NCBI GenBank assembly: GCA_001938485.1
Contig: MQRK01216387.1
Coordinates: forward strand, 79,846-143,845
Length of the DNA stretch: 64,000 bases
DNA from: Girardia tigrina
Taxonomy: Eukaryota
Reading direction: 5' to 3'
Shown here: piece by piece, positions 27,054-40,103 of the stretch
Position numbering within the stretch: the stretch's first letter is position 1
Layout of the letters: each line of letters starts with the position of its first letter
Position numbers and translations under genes: made by a program
Notes under the pieces: model-generated
Database searches by the model: none
What the model saw: the letters and a program-made list of their open reading frames with translations, nothing else
What the model was told of the DNA's origin: nothing

Positions 27054-27180
27054 TTAATTATTAAACTGGATTGAAATTATATAGAAGTTTTTATTTTATA
27101 CAAAGTTCATATTTTATACTCATATATTTGAAAAACTGATTAAAAAATCAAGTTTCTGGTGACTTTTGGGCTAGGGTAGT

Positions 27181-27730
27181 ATATATATTTCATAATATTT
27201 AATGTAGTGACTATTATTATTATAATCTATTTACAAAAAAACAATTAAAATCAGTATCAATATTTATAAATAATAAAATATATTTAAATTTGTATATGTT
27301 TTTTTATATACACAAATATCGATACTGATATTTATAAAAACAAGATTAATAAACAAATTGTTTTAATGATTAAAAATAAAACAATAATTCAAATTCGTCA
27401 GGGTTATTTTTTGCTTTTATCGAGTAACATAGTTTTATTTGTAAATTCATTGGCCCAAATAATTGGAATTTGATTGTTGAGAATTATTTCTATTTCGAGA
27501 TTTATTTCGTGAAATGAAAATTGCTAGATTTTCGAGTTTCTTTATATCAATCAAGATGAAATTGAAAATATCCCGTCGGAGGGATTGAGACTAATGAGAG
27601 ATTATGTAAAAATATTTATAAATTTAAATATATGATTATTTATAAATATTGATATTGATTTTAATTGTTTTTTTGCAATTAGATTAATCTAATACATTTT
27701 TGACTAGTCAATACATTAAACATGGCGATA
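27181..27730 (+). mobile_element. Long-inverted-repeat (~120 bp) element flanked by TA runs, carrying a DDB1 fragment
   Basis: 27185-27300 is an imperfect reverse complement of 27607-27730; internal gene fragment listed separately. Confidence 0.6.
27428..27605 (+). pseudogene. DDB1: DDB1 N-terminal fragment, copy A
   Basis: HSFICKFIGPNNWNLIVENYFYFEIYFV|63-bp insert|PSEGLRLMRDY vs DDB1 [34 protein letters not shown]. Confidence 0.7.
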
Positions 27731-29057
27731 TATATATATATATATATATATTAAGGTGTTTCCTTTTTTCAACTTCCAGGAGTTTCAAAGCATTTGATAT
27801 GAACTTTTTATAAAGAGAATAAATCTGTAATACAATTATTCTGTAATTAAAAAAAAGTTCAAAAAAATATATACTTATATTGTAATATAATAAAACATTT
27901 TTTCCTTTTGCAAAGAAATGTTAACTTCCGGGAACTCTGGTTAAAAAAAACTCCGGTGAAGATTGTTAAAAAGATTAGAATTGAATGGGAAAGTTCAAGA
28001 TATCCTTGAAACTCCTTTTTTAAACAGCTTATGTAATTAACAATAAAAATAACATAATAATATATTTTATATATTATAATGTAACAAAGCTTGCAAACGA
28101 AAAAGCTTGGTATCACGTAGAAAAAGAATTTTTAAGTTTGAGTAGAAAAAGTAAATAATCTATTTAAAGTTAATTTTTTTATTTAGTAGTAGAAGGATTT
28201 TTATAACTGTAAATTCTTTTTATATGCTTCGGGGATCATTATTTTAAATATTAGTTTTTATGTTCCTTTAAGGGGCATTTTTTGAATATTTATCTTTTTT
28301 CAACTATTTCCGTTTTTATTAATTGAATTTGAAAACGTATTTCTTTTTGAGTCAACAATAATTAAAATTACTATAAATATTTTTTAAAAATTTAAAAAAT
28401 TTCAAAATTCAAAACTTCACTATTCATTAGAATATGCAATGTATTTATAAAATATTAAAAGGACGTAATTTGGATATTTACACTTGATGTTATTCTTCCA
28501 CAAAGTCATCTATATTACTGTTTAAACTCATTTTGACCCAAGTAATTAATTTCAAATAATATACCGCATACTTCGAAATTTGAAATTCGAATTTATAGAT
28601 ATGTTTAAATGATGCTTTATATTTATATCTAAAATAACCAACATAAAAAAACTAGAAATCTGAGAGATATTGCCATGTACTTTATATAGGACAATGTGAT
28701 TTTATGAGCGTTTATACTCATCAGTATCAGTATAAAATTTAGAACGACATTTAATGGGTGTACTTTACATAATACAGTTGGTCAAAATGGGTTAGACTAT
28801 CCGTTCTCTTTTATAATAAATATTGTATTCTTAATTAACACGTCAAACAATAAAAAGAAATCTATTTTAAATAATCTCCGTGAAAAGAAATACAGAGAAA
28901 TATCAAACTCGTACAAAACAAATGAAATTTTACTTTTATATTGTAATTTTAGTTAGAATTCAACTTGGTGAAAGTTTTAAGGAATAAGATAATTTTTTTG
29001 ATAACCGAGAAAGACTTCTTTTATTTGTGTTGTGACGTACATAGTCATGTATATAAT

Positions 29058-29088
<31 letters not shown>

Positions 29089-29613
29089 NNNNNNNNNNNN
29101 NNNNNNNNNNNNNNNNNNNNNNNNNNNNNNNNNNNNNNNNNNNNNNNNNNNNNNNNNNNNNNNNNNNNNNNNNNNNNNNNNNNNNNNNNNNNNNNNNNNN
29201 NNNNNNNNNNNNNNNNNNNNNNNNNNNNNNNNNNNNNNNNNNNNNNNNNNNNNNNNNNNNNNNNNNNNNNNNNNNNNNNNNNNNNNNNNNNNNNNNNNNN
29301 NNNNNNNNNNNNNNNNNNNNNNNNNNNNNNNNNNNNNNNNNNNNNNNNNNNNNNNNNNNNNNNNNNNNNNNNNNNNNNNNNNNNNNNNNNNNNNNNNNNN
29401 NNNNNNNNNNNNNNNNNNNNNNNNNNNNNNNNNNNNNNNNNNNNNNNNNNNNNNNNNNNNNNNNNNNNNNNNNNNNNNNNNNNNNNNNNNNNNNNNNNNN
29501 NNNNNNNNNNNNNNNNNNNNNNNNNNNNNNNNNNNNNNNNNNNNNNNNNNNNNNNNNNNNNNNNNNNNNNNNNNNNNNNNNNNNNNNNNNNNNNNNNNNN
29601 NNNNNNNNATATA

Positions 29614-29674
<61 letters not shown>

Positions 29675-30512
29675 GTATATAAATATAATTTATCAATTAA
29701 AAAATATAGATTTTTAAAAACAAAAATCAATAGAAATTTTATTTTCTTTCATATTTTTTCAGTGAAAAATTCAAGGACGATCTCCTTGCCGTATTTAGAA
29801 CATCGTACAATTACCATATGAAATTATGTAATGTAATCTTTTTACTTTATCAATCTTGTGATTTCTTATCGTTTATATGAGACTCACTTAATTCACAAAT
29901 TGCACCAATCTCAAATCAGTACCTTGGAATTACAAACTGCCAACAACAATTCAACAACACCAATTCTCGATCAACAATTCTAATTGCAATTATTAGTCCG
30001 CGGCGTCCTCTGCCAATCTCGCTGACGATCAACACAATTATATCGACAATAACTACTCGAATAACAATTCAAATTATCGAGATTTAGAATCTGAATTCTT
30101 TTATTATAATCTAGTTGTTAGTTATATATTTTTTAATTTGGTTTTGTTTCATTAAAATTTCTTTTATATATTTATTTATCATTTGTTAAAGCGAGCTAAT
30201 AAACCAACATATCATCTGCTTTTATTAACTCGTTTTACAATTTGCATTTTGTGTGTTGAATTTCTATCAAAACTTATAATTCTTTGGTATTTGTGGATTA
30301 AAACTTTTGTTTCCTCTTTTGTGATTATTATATTCTTACGTTTATAGACTAAAAACCAGTTTCGATTGAATCATCTTCTTACTTTTATTTTGGTTATAAA
30401 AATTTCCGTCGATCTTCAATGTCTATTATCATTTTAATTTTCTATTCTTTTTATAAGCTTACTTTACTACTTCTATTTCTTACTACTGAAATATTTAAAT
30501 ACTAAATTTCCG

Positions 30513-30590
30513 AATATTGCTGATGATGATTGTAAAACCTTTATTCGTCGTTAATTTCAAATAAAGGCTTTACAAGCGAAACAAAATAAA
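30513..30590 (+). ncRNA. Degenerate hammerhead ribozyme motif with long stem II
   Basis: CTGATGA (30520-26), T, 16-bp stem TTGTAAAACCTTTATT/AATAAAGGCTTTACAA (one mismatch), GAAA (30578-81); no stem III or NUH. Confidence 0.45.
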
Positions 30591-30839
30591 ATAATGTAGA
30601 TAACAAATAAAACTATATTAATTAATTAACAAACAAATACAAAAGAAATAAACACAGACCATAAAAAAAATTTCCAGTGAAAGGATTGAGTTGGCAATTG
30701 ACATTGGATGCTAATAGGGAAACAATTGTATTCTGATGCAGCTTATATCTGTTTAATTATCCATTGCGTATTGATTTTTTTTATATTAGAATATTTTTTA
30801 TATTATACTATTTATATTATATTAAATAAAATTTCAAAT

Positions 30840-31322
30840 CATGCTTGACGAACAGGTTAATAAAATAGAAGCATCTTCGTCTATCTCATTTTGAAATCAG
30901 AATTTCAGCAGACAATTTATAAATATTTACAATCTTCTTTTTCATCAAGATAACTCTTTGAAACACTTTTACTCTTTCAGCAGCATTCGAGCAGCATATT
31001 CCTATTCGAAATCAGCAAAGAGAAACGTAAGATTTTNNNNNNNNNNNNNNNNNNNNNNNNNNNNNNNNNNNNNNNNNNNAGAGACAATTTTCTTTCCTTT
31101 CTAATAATTCTTGAACAGGAAGAATATCAATAAAAAGTACATTTTTAGAAATAGAATCCCGTTCATTTTCGCAAAATAAATAAATAAACAAACAAACATT
31201 CGAAAGTACAATCAACAATGAAAACACACACTTCAAACACGAAAGAAACATCAGAGCACTCGAAAGTAAATACAAAGATCAAAGAACATGCAAATAAAAT
31301 AATCAGTAAGTAGGGCACTACA
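30840..31322 (-). mobile_element. Unclassified element beginning TGTAGTGCCCTACTTACTGA, copy 1
   Basis: Same 20-nt terminus as at 46232, followed by a TG-rich leader and a decayed ORF. Confidence 0.4.
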
Positions 31323-31939
31323 ATGATGTATGTAAGCATAGAAACATGTCCATTATATAAAAAAGCTTTAATCAAATTATATTTGTAAAATATTAAATGT
31401 AGCGTTTACAAGACTCAATATTATATATGACAAAAAATGATAATTTGAAAATTTGTTCAAAAAAACTTTCTAAGGTCACAGAATTGGAAAAAAAGCGGCC
31501 TAATCGGAGTTCCTGAACAATATTAATATAAAAATATCTATTTATAAATTATAAGTAGTTTATATTATGCAAAAAAGTCAAGATAAAAAAGTAAATGTAA
31601 TAGTAATTTTCCCTTCTACAAAACATAACAAAAAAATCTGTTGGCACAGTAAATTTCTGTTTGCATAAATCAATATTTTTTGATTTACTAGTTCTATTAT
31701 AAAAACAAACGAATATAGATTCCTTGTAATTATTAATATTTTATCTTATCTTATACTTATCATATATTACATTTGAAAGAAAGTTTTGTCAGTTATTTAA
31801 AATACTGTAAATATTTTTTTTAATTTAATTTTGTTTTATATGGTTTTTATATATTTTATTTTCTTATAAACCTTTTGATATATTATTTACATCGTACAGT
31901 CTTTTCTATAAAAAATATTGATTTTAAGAACATGTTAAA

Positions 31940-32700
31940 ATGTTTAAAAAAAGCGTAAAGAAATCCGCAATTTGATTTTCCACGAATTCAAACTTGGTCA
32001 TACAACGGTGGAAACATTAAAAAAAATTACGCTAGCAACTCTCATTACACATAGTAAAGACAAAGAGCACTCCGGATTATAAAACAAACCATTGATAACC
32101 GAGCTCTACGCCGTACCATTGAAGCAAATCCGACACAAACAACTGGTAAACTAGCCTCTGAACTTCAAACTTCCCATAAAATCATTATTCGAACCTTCAC
32201 AAAATGATTAAGAAAAATAGACGTTTTTACTATGATTAAAGTCTCAACGAAATGTAAAAGAAAATCGGGGAATTAACGACTATTCTTGGTTACTGCACAA
32301 ATTCATCCCCTTTGACGTTCAATTCAAAGGGGATTGTCGATGATAACCGGAATTACCAACACCAATGACTGAGTCAAGTTCAACTTAAAAAAACGAACTC
32401 CTTAAAGTGATCCACATCAAAAAGATGATGCTGTAAGTTTGATGGATGGCATCGGAACCTGTTCACGTCAAACAATCACGTTTGATATTTACTGCTACCA
32501 ATTAGTCCGTATACAGGCCGCTTTGCATGTTTGAAGTTTCAACACGGTTTGTTTCTGTTTTCAACAAGACAACGCCAGACCTCCTGTTACAGACTGGACG
32601 CTCCAAAACCTAATAAATTGAATTTGTATGTTCTTAAACAGCTCATGTATAGCTCAGACATTGCCCCATCCGATTATTATCTTTTTCGGTCCTTCAAGAA
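31940..32700 (+). mobile_element. mariner relic
   Basis: KEIRNLIFHEFKLGH, QQDNARP, YSSDIAPSDYYLFRS. Confidence 0.85.
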
Positions 32701-32769
32701 CACCGCTTTATTAAAAACGAACACGTAGAAAAGGCTCATGATAGGGGAGCGTGCGCAGCGTGGCTGCGG

Positions 32770-32990
32770 CACCATGTAGTCGTCCTTCTCTGATACAACA
32801 TTGATTGAATCTATAGATCGATTGTGTCTCTTGAAACTGATTGCCGGGGAGATCTTGCCGTTGATGGGCAACTCTATCATCAGTATCAAACCCTCGGATG
32901 TCACGAGATAAATCCCGTATATAAATATTTCCACACGATCAAATTCAAATTATTTGGGTCGGTGAATTTACAAATAAAACTGTGACACGA
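32770..32990 (-). pseudogene. DDB1: DDB1 N-terminal fragment, copy B
   Basis: HSFICKFTDPNNLNLIVWK /frameshift/ IYLVTSEGLILMIELPINGKISPAISFKRHNRSIDSINVVSEK; upstream 33000-33199 is colinear with 27202-27420. Confidence 0.72.
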
Positions 32991-33884
32991 TAAAGGAAAA
33001 ACATAACACTGAAGAATTTGAATTTTTTTTCATTTTTAAGTATTAAAAACTCGTACACTAATCTTGTTTTTAATAAATATTAATATGGATTTTTTTGTGT
33101 ATAAAAATAAGTAAAAAATATATGCTATTATTTTAAAATATTGATTTTGATTTTAATTGTTTTTTTGTAATTTGATTAAAATAATAATAGTCACTACATG
33201 CACCTTCTAAATTTGTTTCAATTGTTTTCAATTTTTATGTTTATATCTTTCAAAGAAAAAATACATTTAGGAAGTTAAAAATTGACAAAAAAACCTTCAT
33301 TTCATTAAAATTGCGATAAAAAATTTTCTCAAAATTTATTTCTTTGATTATTAAGTACATTTGGATAAAATTTTTATCACTGCCTCTAGTCTAACTACTT
33401 ATGGAGTACTCATTCCTCATGGTCCACAGATAATATCTTAATTAGAAGTAGACTGAAAAAGTATCAGTTCAGTATATAATAAAAGATTGATTTTCTATTA
33501 CTAGTTAAATGAAAAATAAATAAATCATGAAACTCAAAAAACTCATTTTAATTTTAAAAATGTTATTTTTATTTACTTCATATTTTTATTCTCACTATTA
33601 TGATGGTCAAACTCTCATTAAGGTGATCAAACATCAAAAAAAAGATCAAAGAACACAAATCGACCGAAAGAAAATTATAATTCAATTTGGAGACAAATAA
33701 ATTCTTGTTAGAAATAAGGGTTGGTAATTGCAGAGAGCACCAAAATTATATAGTCATATAATGGAATACTGGCCATATCTATTTATACTTATTTCCGTTT
33801 CCTTTAAATAAGAAAAACATTTGATACTATTTCTGTCATTAAACGGTCTTATAGACTTCTATTCTAAATTTTAATGTTGTTGAT

Positions 33885-34284
33885 CTTCTTCTTTTGACCT
33901 TAGCCGTTGGGCCGTGGGTGCACCCAATTATAAACAAGCCTTCACCATATCTTTCTATTTGTAGCTTCCCTTCCATACTCAGTCCAGTTCACTCTTTTAA
34001 ATCGTCCATCCATTGCCTCTTTGGTCTTTCTCCTTCCACTCTTCCCTCAATCATAACCTTTGCCAATGCTTGTTTTCTTATTTGATGACCGCAGAATTTC
34101 AGCTTCCTTCTCTTGATGATCTCCTGTATAAATAAATCAGAAGAGTATGGATAAGCTTAAAACGTTTGAAATGAAGTGTTACAGGAGAAGGCTGAAGATC
34201 ACGTGGAAAGAAAAGAAGACAAATGACTTTGCTTGGAGGAGAGTGACAGAAATACTAGGTAAAAGACCGGAATCAATAGAGAGG
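33885..34284 (-). mobile_element. 5'-truncated RTE-clade LINE with 5' inversion
   Basis: Minus: QEIIKRRKLKFCGH..IEGRVEGERPKRQWMDDLKE with a (GAA)n tail. Plus 34147-34284: DKLKTFEMKCYRRRLKITWKEKKTN. 11-bp TSD ATGTTGTTGAT (33874-84, 34285-95). Confidence 0.88.
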
Positions 34285-34959
34285 ATGTTGTTGATACCGT
34301 ACGAATAATTCAAAAGGAAACAATGAAGAACACATTTTATCAAAACTTATTGAATTGACAATAATAAATAAAAGACAAATTAAATCAAGGAAAATGATTA
34401 GTTAGATCGTTAATTGACAAAAGGAAGTTTTAAAATTACAGTCCAGATAATTATATTATTTATAATCTTATGTTATATATAATTATGTTGTGTAAAAGTT
34501 TATACCTAGAATACCCAACAATAATTCGATATTATCTTTATCAATTCCGAATGTTAAACAAATATGCGAATGTTTTAAAACAATAGTTTATGAAATTAAA
34601 CAGGAAATAAGAGGACAATAATTAGATTTCTTTAGAAGATTATAATTAACAACAACAGATCTTCTGATGATGGGCTGCCTTATTATACATCTCCTCTCGT
34701 ATTTTCATTGGCTAAAGAAGCCATTCTAAGACATTTTCTGTTCTGAGACCCCTTTACAAGTCATACGATATTAACTAACCATCGAAGCTGTCTGATTTGT
34801 CTGCCAAAATTATGATAGCATATGTGTGATACAATTCTATCACGAGATTGATAACAATCATTGTTGTTTTGCCAAGATGCGTCAACATTGACAGTGTCAA
34901 AGAATTTCATCTCAAAGATTAGCTTATGATTTCATGTCAATTGTTTTTTTTTATCACAT

Positions 34960-35302
34960 GTCTCCATTACCCATTTAAGTATGAACGTTGTAACATAAGT
35001 TTGTTTGTGGTTCCATCGCCCAATGCACCGTTCATATTAAGGACGGCCTCCGATGCTTTGTGGTCAAGTTTGAATTCATATAAAAAAATTGCTCGCAATT
35101 GCGCTTTTTGCATATTGCCAACTATTTAAATAAACACGTTATTTTAAAGTTAATATTTAAACAAAGTATCATAGAAATATAGAGTTTTTTATAAGCTTTA
35201 AAATTATGTATAAAACATCAATAAATGCTAAAGATTTATTTCAAAACATGATCAAAAATCAGGACAATTCAAAAAATGACATTATTTTTTAAACAACCTA
35301 AT
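34960..35302 (-). mobile_element. mariner 5' relic
   Basis: AIFLYEFKLDHKASEAVLNMNGALGDGT; TIR-like end AAACAACCTAA|TA. Confidence 0.7.
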
Positions 35303-36812
35303 AATAATATTCAATCCACTTTAAATAGAAGACTTCTCAATAAATTTATTGGTTCTCATCCAACTATTTGATTTGACAAAATATAATGAAAGGCTTGAAT
35401 ATTTACTGTCCTTAATAACTTCCTAAGAATATTTTTCCTGTTTGGTTAAGGTGACCAGATGCCATGCTTTTGGCGGGACAATTTCGATTTTTCACACATT
35501 TTCCAGCGTTCCACTTTGTTTTTCAAAAATCCAGACTTTTAGATTTAAGTTAAATTTTATATTTATGAAAATCATTGTTTTGCGTTTTAAGAATCCTACG
35601 GGCTACGACAACTAACATATTGCTTCTGCTACCTAGTTACATTTCATTTTTCTCTCAGATGATACACTTCGTGTTCGTACTTCGTGCTAGCAAGCTAATT
35701 AAACAAATAAATATTACACATCTGCTACTTACCATAGAAAATTAAGGTAAGTAATTTATTTATATATTTCTTAAATACATAAAATTTCTTAAACTTAGAT
35801 TAAAATACTCGTAGTATTCATATTTTATATTGATATCAAAAGGTATATCACAGACCTTAAAAGAAATTGTAGAAAAAATATACGAATAAAATCCTCCTCC
35901 CTCCTTCAGAGTTATCCCGCTTTGCCTATCTAAAAATCTAGTCAACTTATGTTTGCTAATTACAAGCTTACTCTTTTTGTCTTTATGCTAATGTTAAATA
36001 ATTTTATTAATTGTAATATATTATATTTAAGATAAAACGTTTTATAAAATTAATAGCATATTGAAGCGTAAATAAAGTTCTTAATTACAGACTATTTCGA
36101 ATCTTTTAATTCATCGGACTTTCTTTATACATCTATAATTATATATACAAATTCTTTTCGAAAATAAACCTCTCACTCAGAAGGCAGATCAATATTTTTG
36201 AGTTGTTTGTGCTTCAGTATTCTGGATCAGAATTCCAAAATTTGATTTAGTATTATTATTTTTTATTTATTATAATTTATTGCTAAAAGTAAGTTCACGG
36301 ATCTCTAAATCACTGTTTGATCAGTTAGCTTACTTTTATAATTGACAAATTCATCAGGAATGTTTCCCTAATATATTTTCTCAATTTATCTTAAATTTTT
36401 TTCTTCATTGGGGCTGGGTCAGCTTAAAAATTTTATTTTACATTTTTTAAATTGACCTCCAGAAAGTAGTCCTATTTTTACGAAAAGTTTGGTATATAAT
36501 ATTATATAATATGACAAGAGTAACTCTATTTTTACTACGTTTTTATTAGCTTGATTTCTTTTTTGTTTGTTTGCTCATAAAAACTTTATTATGTAATATA
36601 AACTACTTATAATTTATAAGTAGATCTTTTTATGCTTATATTGTCCAGGAACTCTGTTTTTGTCATTTTTTTCCAATTTTGAGACTTTAAAAAAATTTTT
36701 GATCGAATTTTCCCATTATCAGTTGTTGCCATCGCAAATGAGTAAGTCCGCAAATTTTAGAGAAAATTGATTGATTGAAAGGCCTTCAAAAATAGGTTTC
36801 TAAATTTCATGG

Positions 36813-36848
<36 letters not shown>

Positions 36849-37864
36849 NNNNNNNNNNNNNNNNNNNNNNNNNNNNNNNNNNNNNNNNNNNNNNNNNNNN
36901 NNNNNNNNTATATAAGAATGAAAAAAAACAGAGAAAAAAATCCAAAATTTGTGTTTATTAATTTTTAAAAAATTATTATATATAATTTAAAGTGTGAAGT
37001 GTAATTAGTTTAACGAAAATATTTTTGTCACTTATTTTGTTCTTTTAACTTCTTGTATTTTGATTTTTTGTTTTTAAAGGATTTTTTTCAAATTTTCTTT
37101 ACTTTAGATATATGATTTTTAAAAAATGATATTCTATGAATGATATCCATAATTATATCCAGGGAGAAGCAGATGAGCCCGATAGATTTTACCTCAAAAG
37201 GAGTCAAAAAAAACTTTTTTTTTAAAAATAAAAAAAATCTTTAATTATTTTATTATTTATTTATTTTTGTTGTAAATCAATTTTCATGTCTCTTAAAAAA
37301 TTTTAAAAATAAAAATAATCAAATTATTTAATATCAATAATTAATAAAATAATTTTTTTTAGATTTTAATAATAAATACCCTTCTAACATTCCATTTAAA
37401 TTTTCAAATTTCTTATTGAAGTAATTTTTTTCATTCACTTTTTAAAATCAGTTTTTGTCCAGTTGGGGGCACAATATTTTGTCTTGGCCCCCGTCGTGGA
37501 TGCTTATACGAACGTGTGAAATAAAAAATAAAATAATATATAATAAAGATTTTTAAAAAAATACGTTTTTACCGTAAACTAAAAATTAGAAAATAACTTT
37601 TACCTTGGGTTACACAAACTTTTAATTTGAATTTTCAGATTTAATTCCAATATTGCGTTTTCTAATCAAGACCATACGAAATTTTCATTTATATATAAAC
37701 CTTGACCATATCGTAAAATTCTACAACAAAAAACGTGAGTGCATTAAAAGGTTACGATTTGTCTATTCATGGTTTTTTCATAAGTTATGAATGTCAACAG
37801 CAATGGTACAATTTTTTATAAATGCTCCCAATATAAAAGTTTCATCACGATCAAGTCATTTTGA

Positions 37865-38095
37865 TCAAGTCTTAGAATTATTAATCGTAACGTCTTTGTA
37901 CAGAGAATTGTTTGCGGTAAGCCATCGTAATGCAGAAAATACACGCTCATGACTTATTGTGTAGTCTCTCGAGACATAGTTTTCGAGGGCTTTAGTTTCT
38001 ACAACAATATTTGCATCATTACTCTCTCTCTGAAACATATCATGGAAGCTTTTCACTAACCCGATAAATGTATATTGGAGAACAATGTTCAACAA
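37865..38095 (-). mobile_element. Helitron RepHel N-terminal-region (DUF6570-like) relic
   Basis: TISHERVFSALRWLTANNSLYKDVTIN matches VRR.KV..AL.WL..NNPLY.DI.I. Confidence 0.6.
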
Positions 38096-38155
38096 TGTAA
38101 CAAATCAGAACTTTTAAATGCGCACACGTTGATTTGTTGTATAATTTTAGACATG

Positions 38156-38189
<34 letters not shown>

Positions 38190-38784
38190 AAAAAAATAAT
38201 TAATTTTTAACAAATTTCGCGATTAAGACGATTTTCTCCTTTCGTCCCAAATCTGTTATTTATTTGATAGATAAACTGAAATTCAGTTTGCGACATTAAA
38301 ACCTTCTTAATTAACTACAAATCAAGTTAAAGATAACCCGAACGGTTTAACAGATTAGTCAAAGTAACGTTTATTTTATCGGAAATATGTGAACCGGCAA
38401 ATGTTTCTCGTGTGAAAAATTCAGTAAAAGAAAAAAAATTCAGTTTAACATAATTTGAAGTGCATTTATACAAAGTAGATCATGAATAAACATATCTATT
38501 CTAATAAGCAGTCTTGCGCGCCGCCTGGTAGGTAGCAACAATGTCAAGCTTAGGAATGAAAAGTTGTAGAATTATTCACGAAAGATACCAAGAGGTAAAC
38601 AAATAAAAGAAGCTCAAATTAATCAATTAATTTTTTTTAATTTAATATAAAAATTATCAAAAATATTTTATTTTACTTCCATCACAGATGACATTAGCAT
38701 CATTTGAGTACAGGTGACATCTTGAACGTTCATTGTTAAATTGTGGCTGATTTCAAAACCAGAATTTGTCATTAATGAAAATAA

Positions 38785-39859
38785 TAAATAGTATCACTAA
38801 AATTTTTTTAAGTTGGTTATACTATTTGGGTCGTCATATTATTTGGATCTTTCAATTCCCAATAACAAAAATTTCAAAATATGAATAAAAAAAGAAAACC
38901 AATATCAATAATACTTTATTCATTAACGACATCCAAACATTCTACATCATCATTATCATCTAAACAGTCTACATCCTGATCATCTACATCTTCTCCGGAA
39001 ATAGACTCGTAGGGAAATTGTTCGATCTGGTTTGCAACAGCCCAAGCATCGCAAAACTTTCTACCACACACATCATGCTTTGCTATATGCCAATCGCCAG
39101 GGTTCGAACTAAATCCTGATGATATTATTGAGTTTTGGTATTGTGTCGGTTTTCAATTCATTCAAAGATTCTCCGACCCATAAATTAACCAATTCCTTCG
39201 ATGGTGATTTTGGATTACCATTTTTGGTATAAACAACAAAATCAGAGTTCTTCCATTCATTAATACAAAATTATATCAAATATTTCAAGGAACGAAAAAT
39301 TCCTATATCTCCTGCTTGTAGATAAGGTGTCAATCCCCCTAGAATCACGATCATTTCAACATTTCTCTTAATACAATGTTCTTTTACTTGCAGGCCTAAA
39401 TGAACTCGACACGAATCCTAAATAATACACTTACCGTTGCTTAAATCAATCAAAGGAAACATATTGTCAATCCACTTTATAATTAATTCTTGGTTAACCC
39501 AGGATTTTGATTGAGTAGTATACAAGAAACGAATTTGTTTACAAATAGGACTTCCATTTTTTCCTTTATGGATTACCAAAGGCATTGCCTTCCTACCATC
39601 TGCCCAAATAGAAATCAGTGCTGTTACTCTCATTGAACTAAAACCAGTTGATTTCATTTCTACATTAATATTAAAACAATTTAATTAAATGATTTTAAAA
39701 ATTAATGATTTTTTTTCAAGTGATTTTTAAAAACTTAAATAGTGATACTAATAGGGTCGTGATACTATTTAAATAGTATTACTAAAAATTTTTTAAATTT
39801 GTGATATTATTTGGGTCGTGATACTATATGGGTTGGTGATACTAATTGGCGATATCCGT
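38785..39859 (-). mobile_element. pogo-family (DDE_1) transposon relic
   Basis: KSTG...RVTALISIWADGRKAMPLVIHKG..SWVNQE..DSCRVH..GGLTPYLQAGDIGIFRSLK; subterminal GGGTCGTGATACTA repeats. Confidence 0.85.
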
Positions 39860-40103
39860 TATATTTTTTATATTCAACAAAATATTATTTTCCCAATGTC
39901 AATATTGAACCTTGACACCTTTTTCGTCCCTCTTCATGTTTGATCTGAAGAGAGTAAAAATTGTTGTCTCAAGGAAATCCATAATTAGGGAACGAAAACA
40001 ATTTTGTAATTAGAAATCCTCTGAAAGTCTCAAAAACTATTCAAAATATAAGTACAAAAAATTCCATTATGTGCTAAGGATCGGAAATTAATCATAAAAT
40101 ATA

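Noticed and set aside
34664-34690. CTGATGA-T-GGGC hammerhead-like start
   Set aside because: No closing GAAA after a stem
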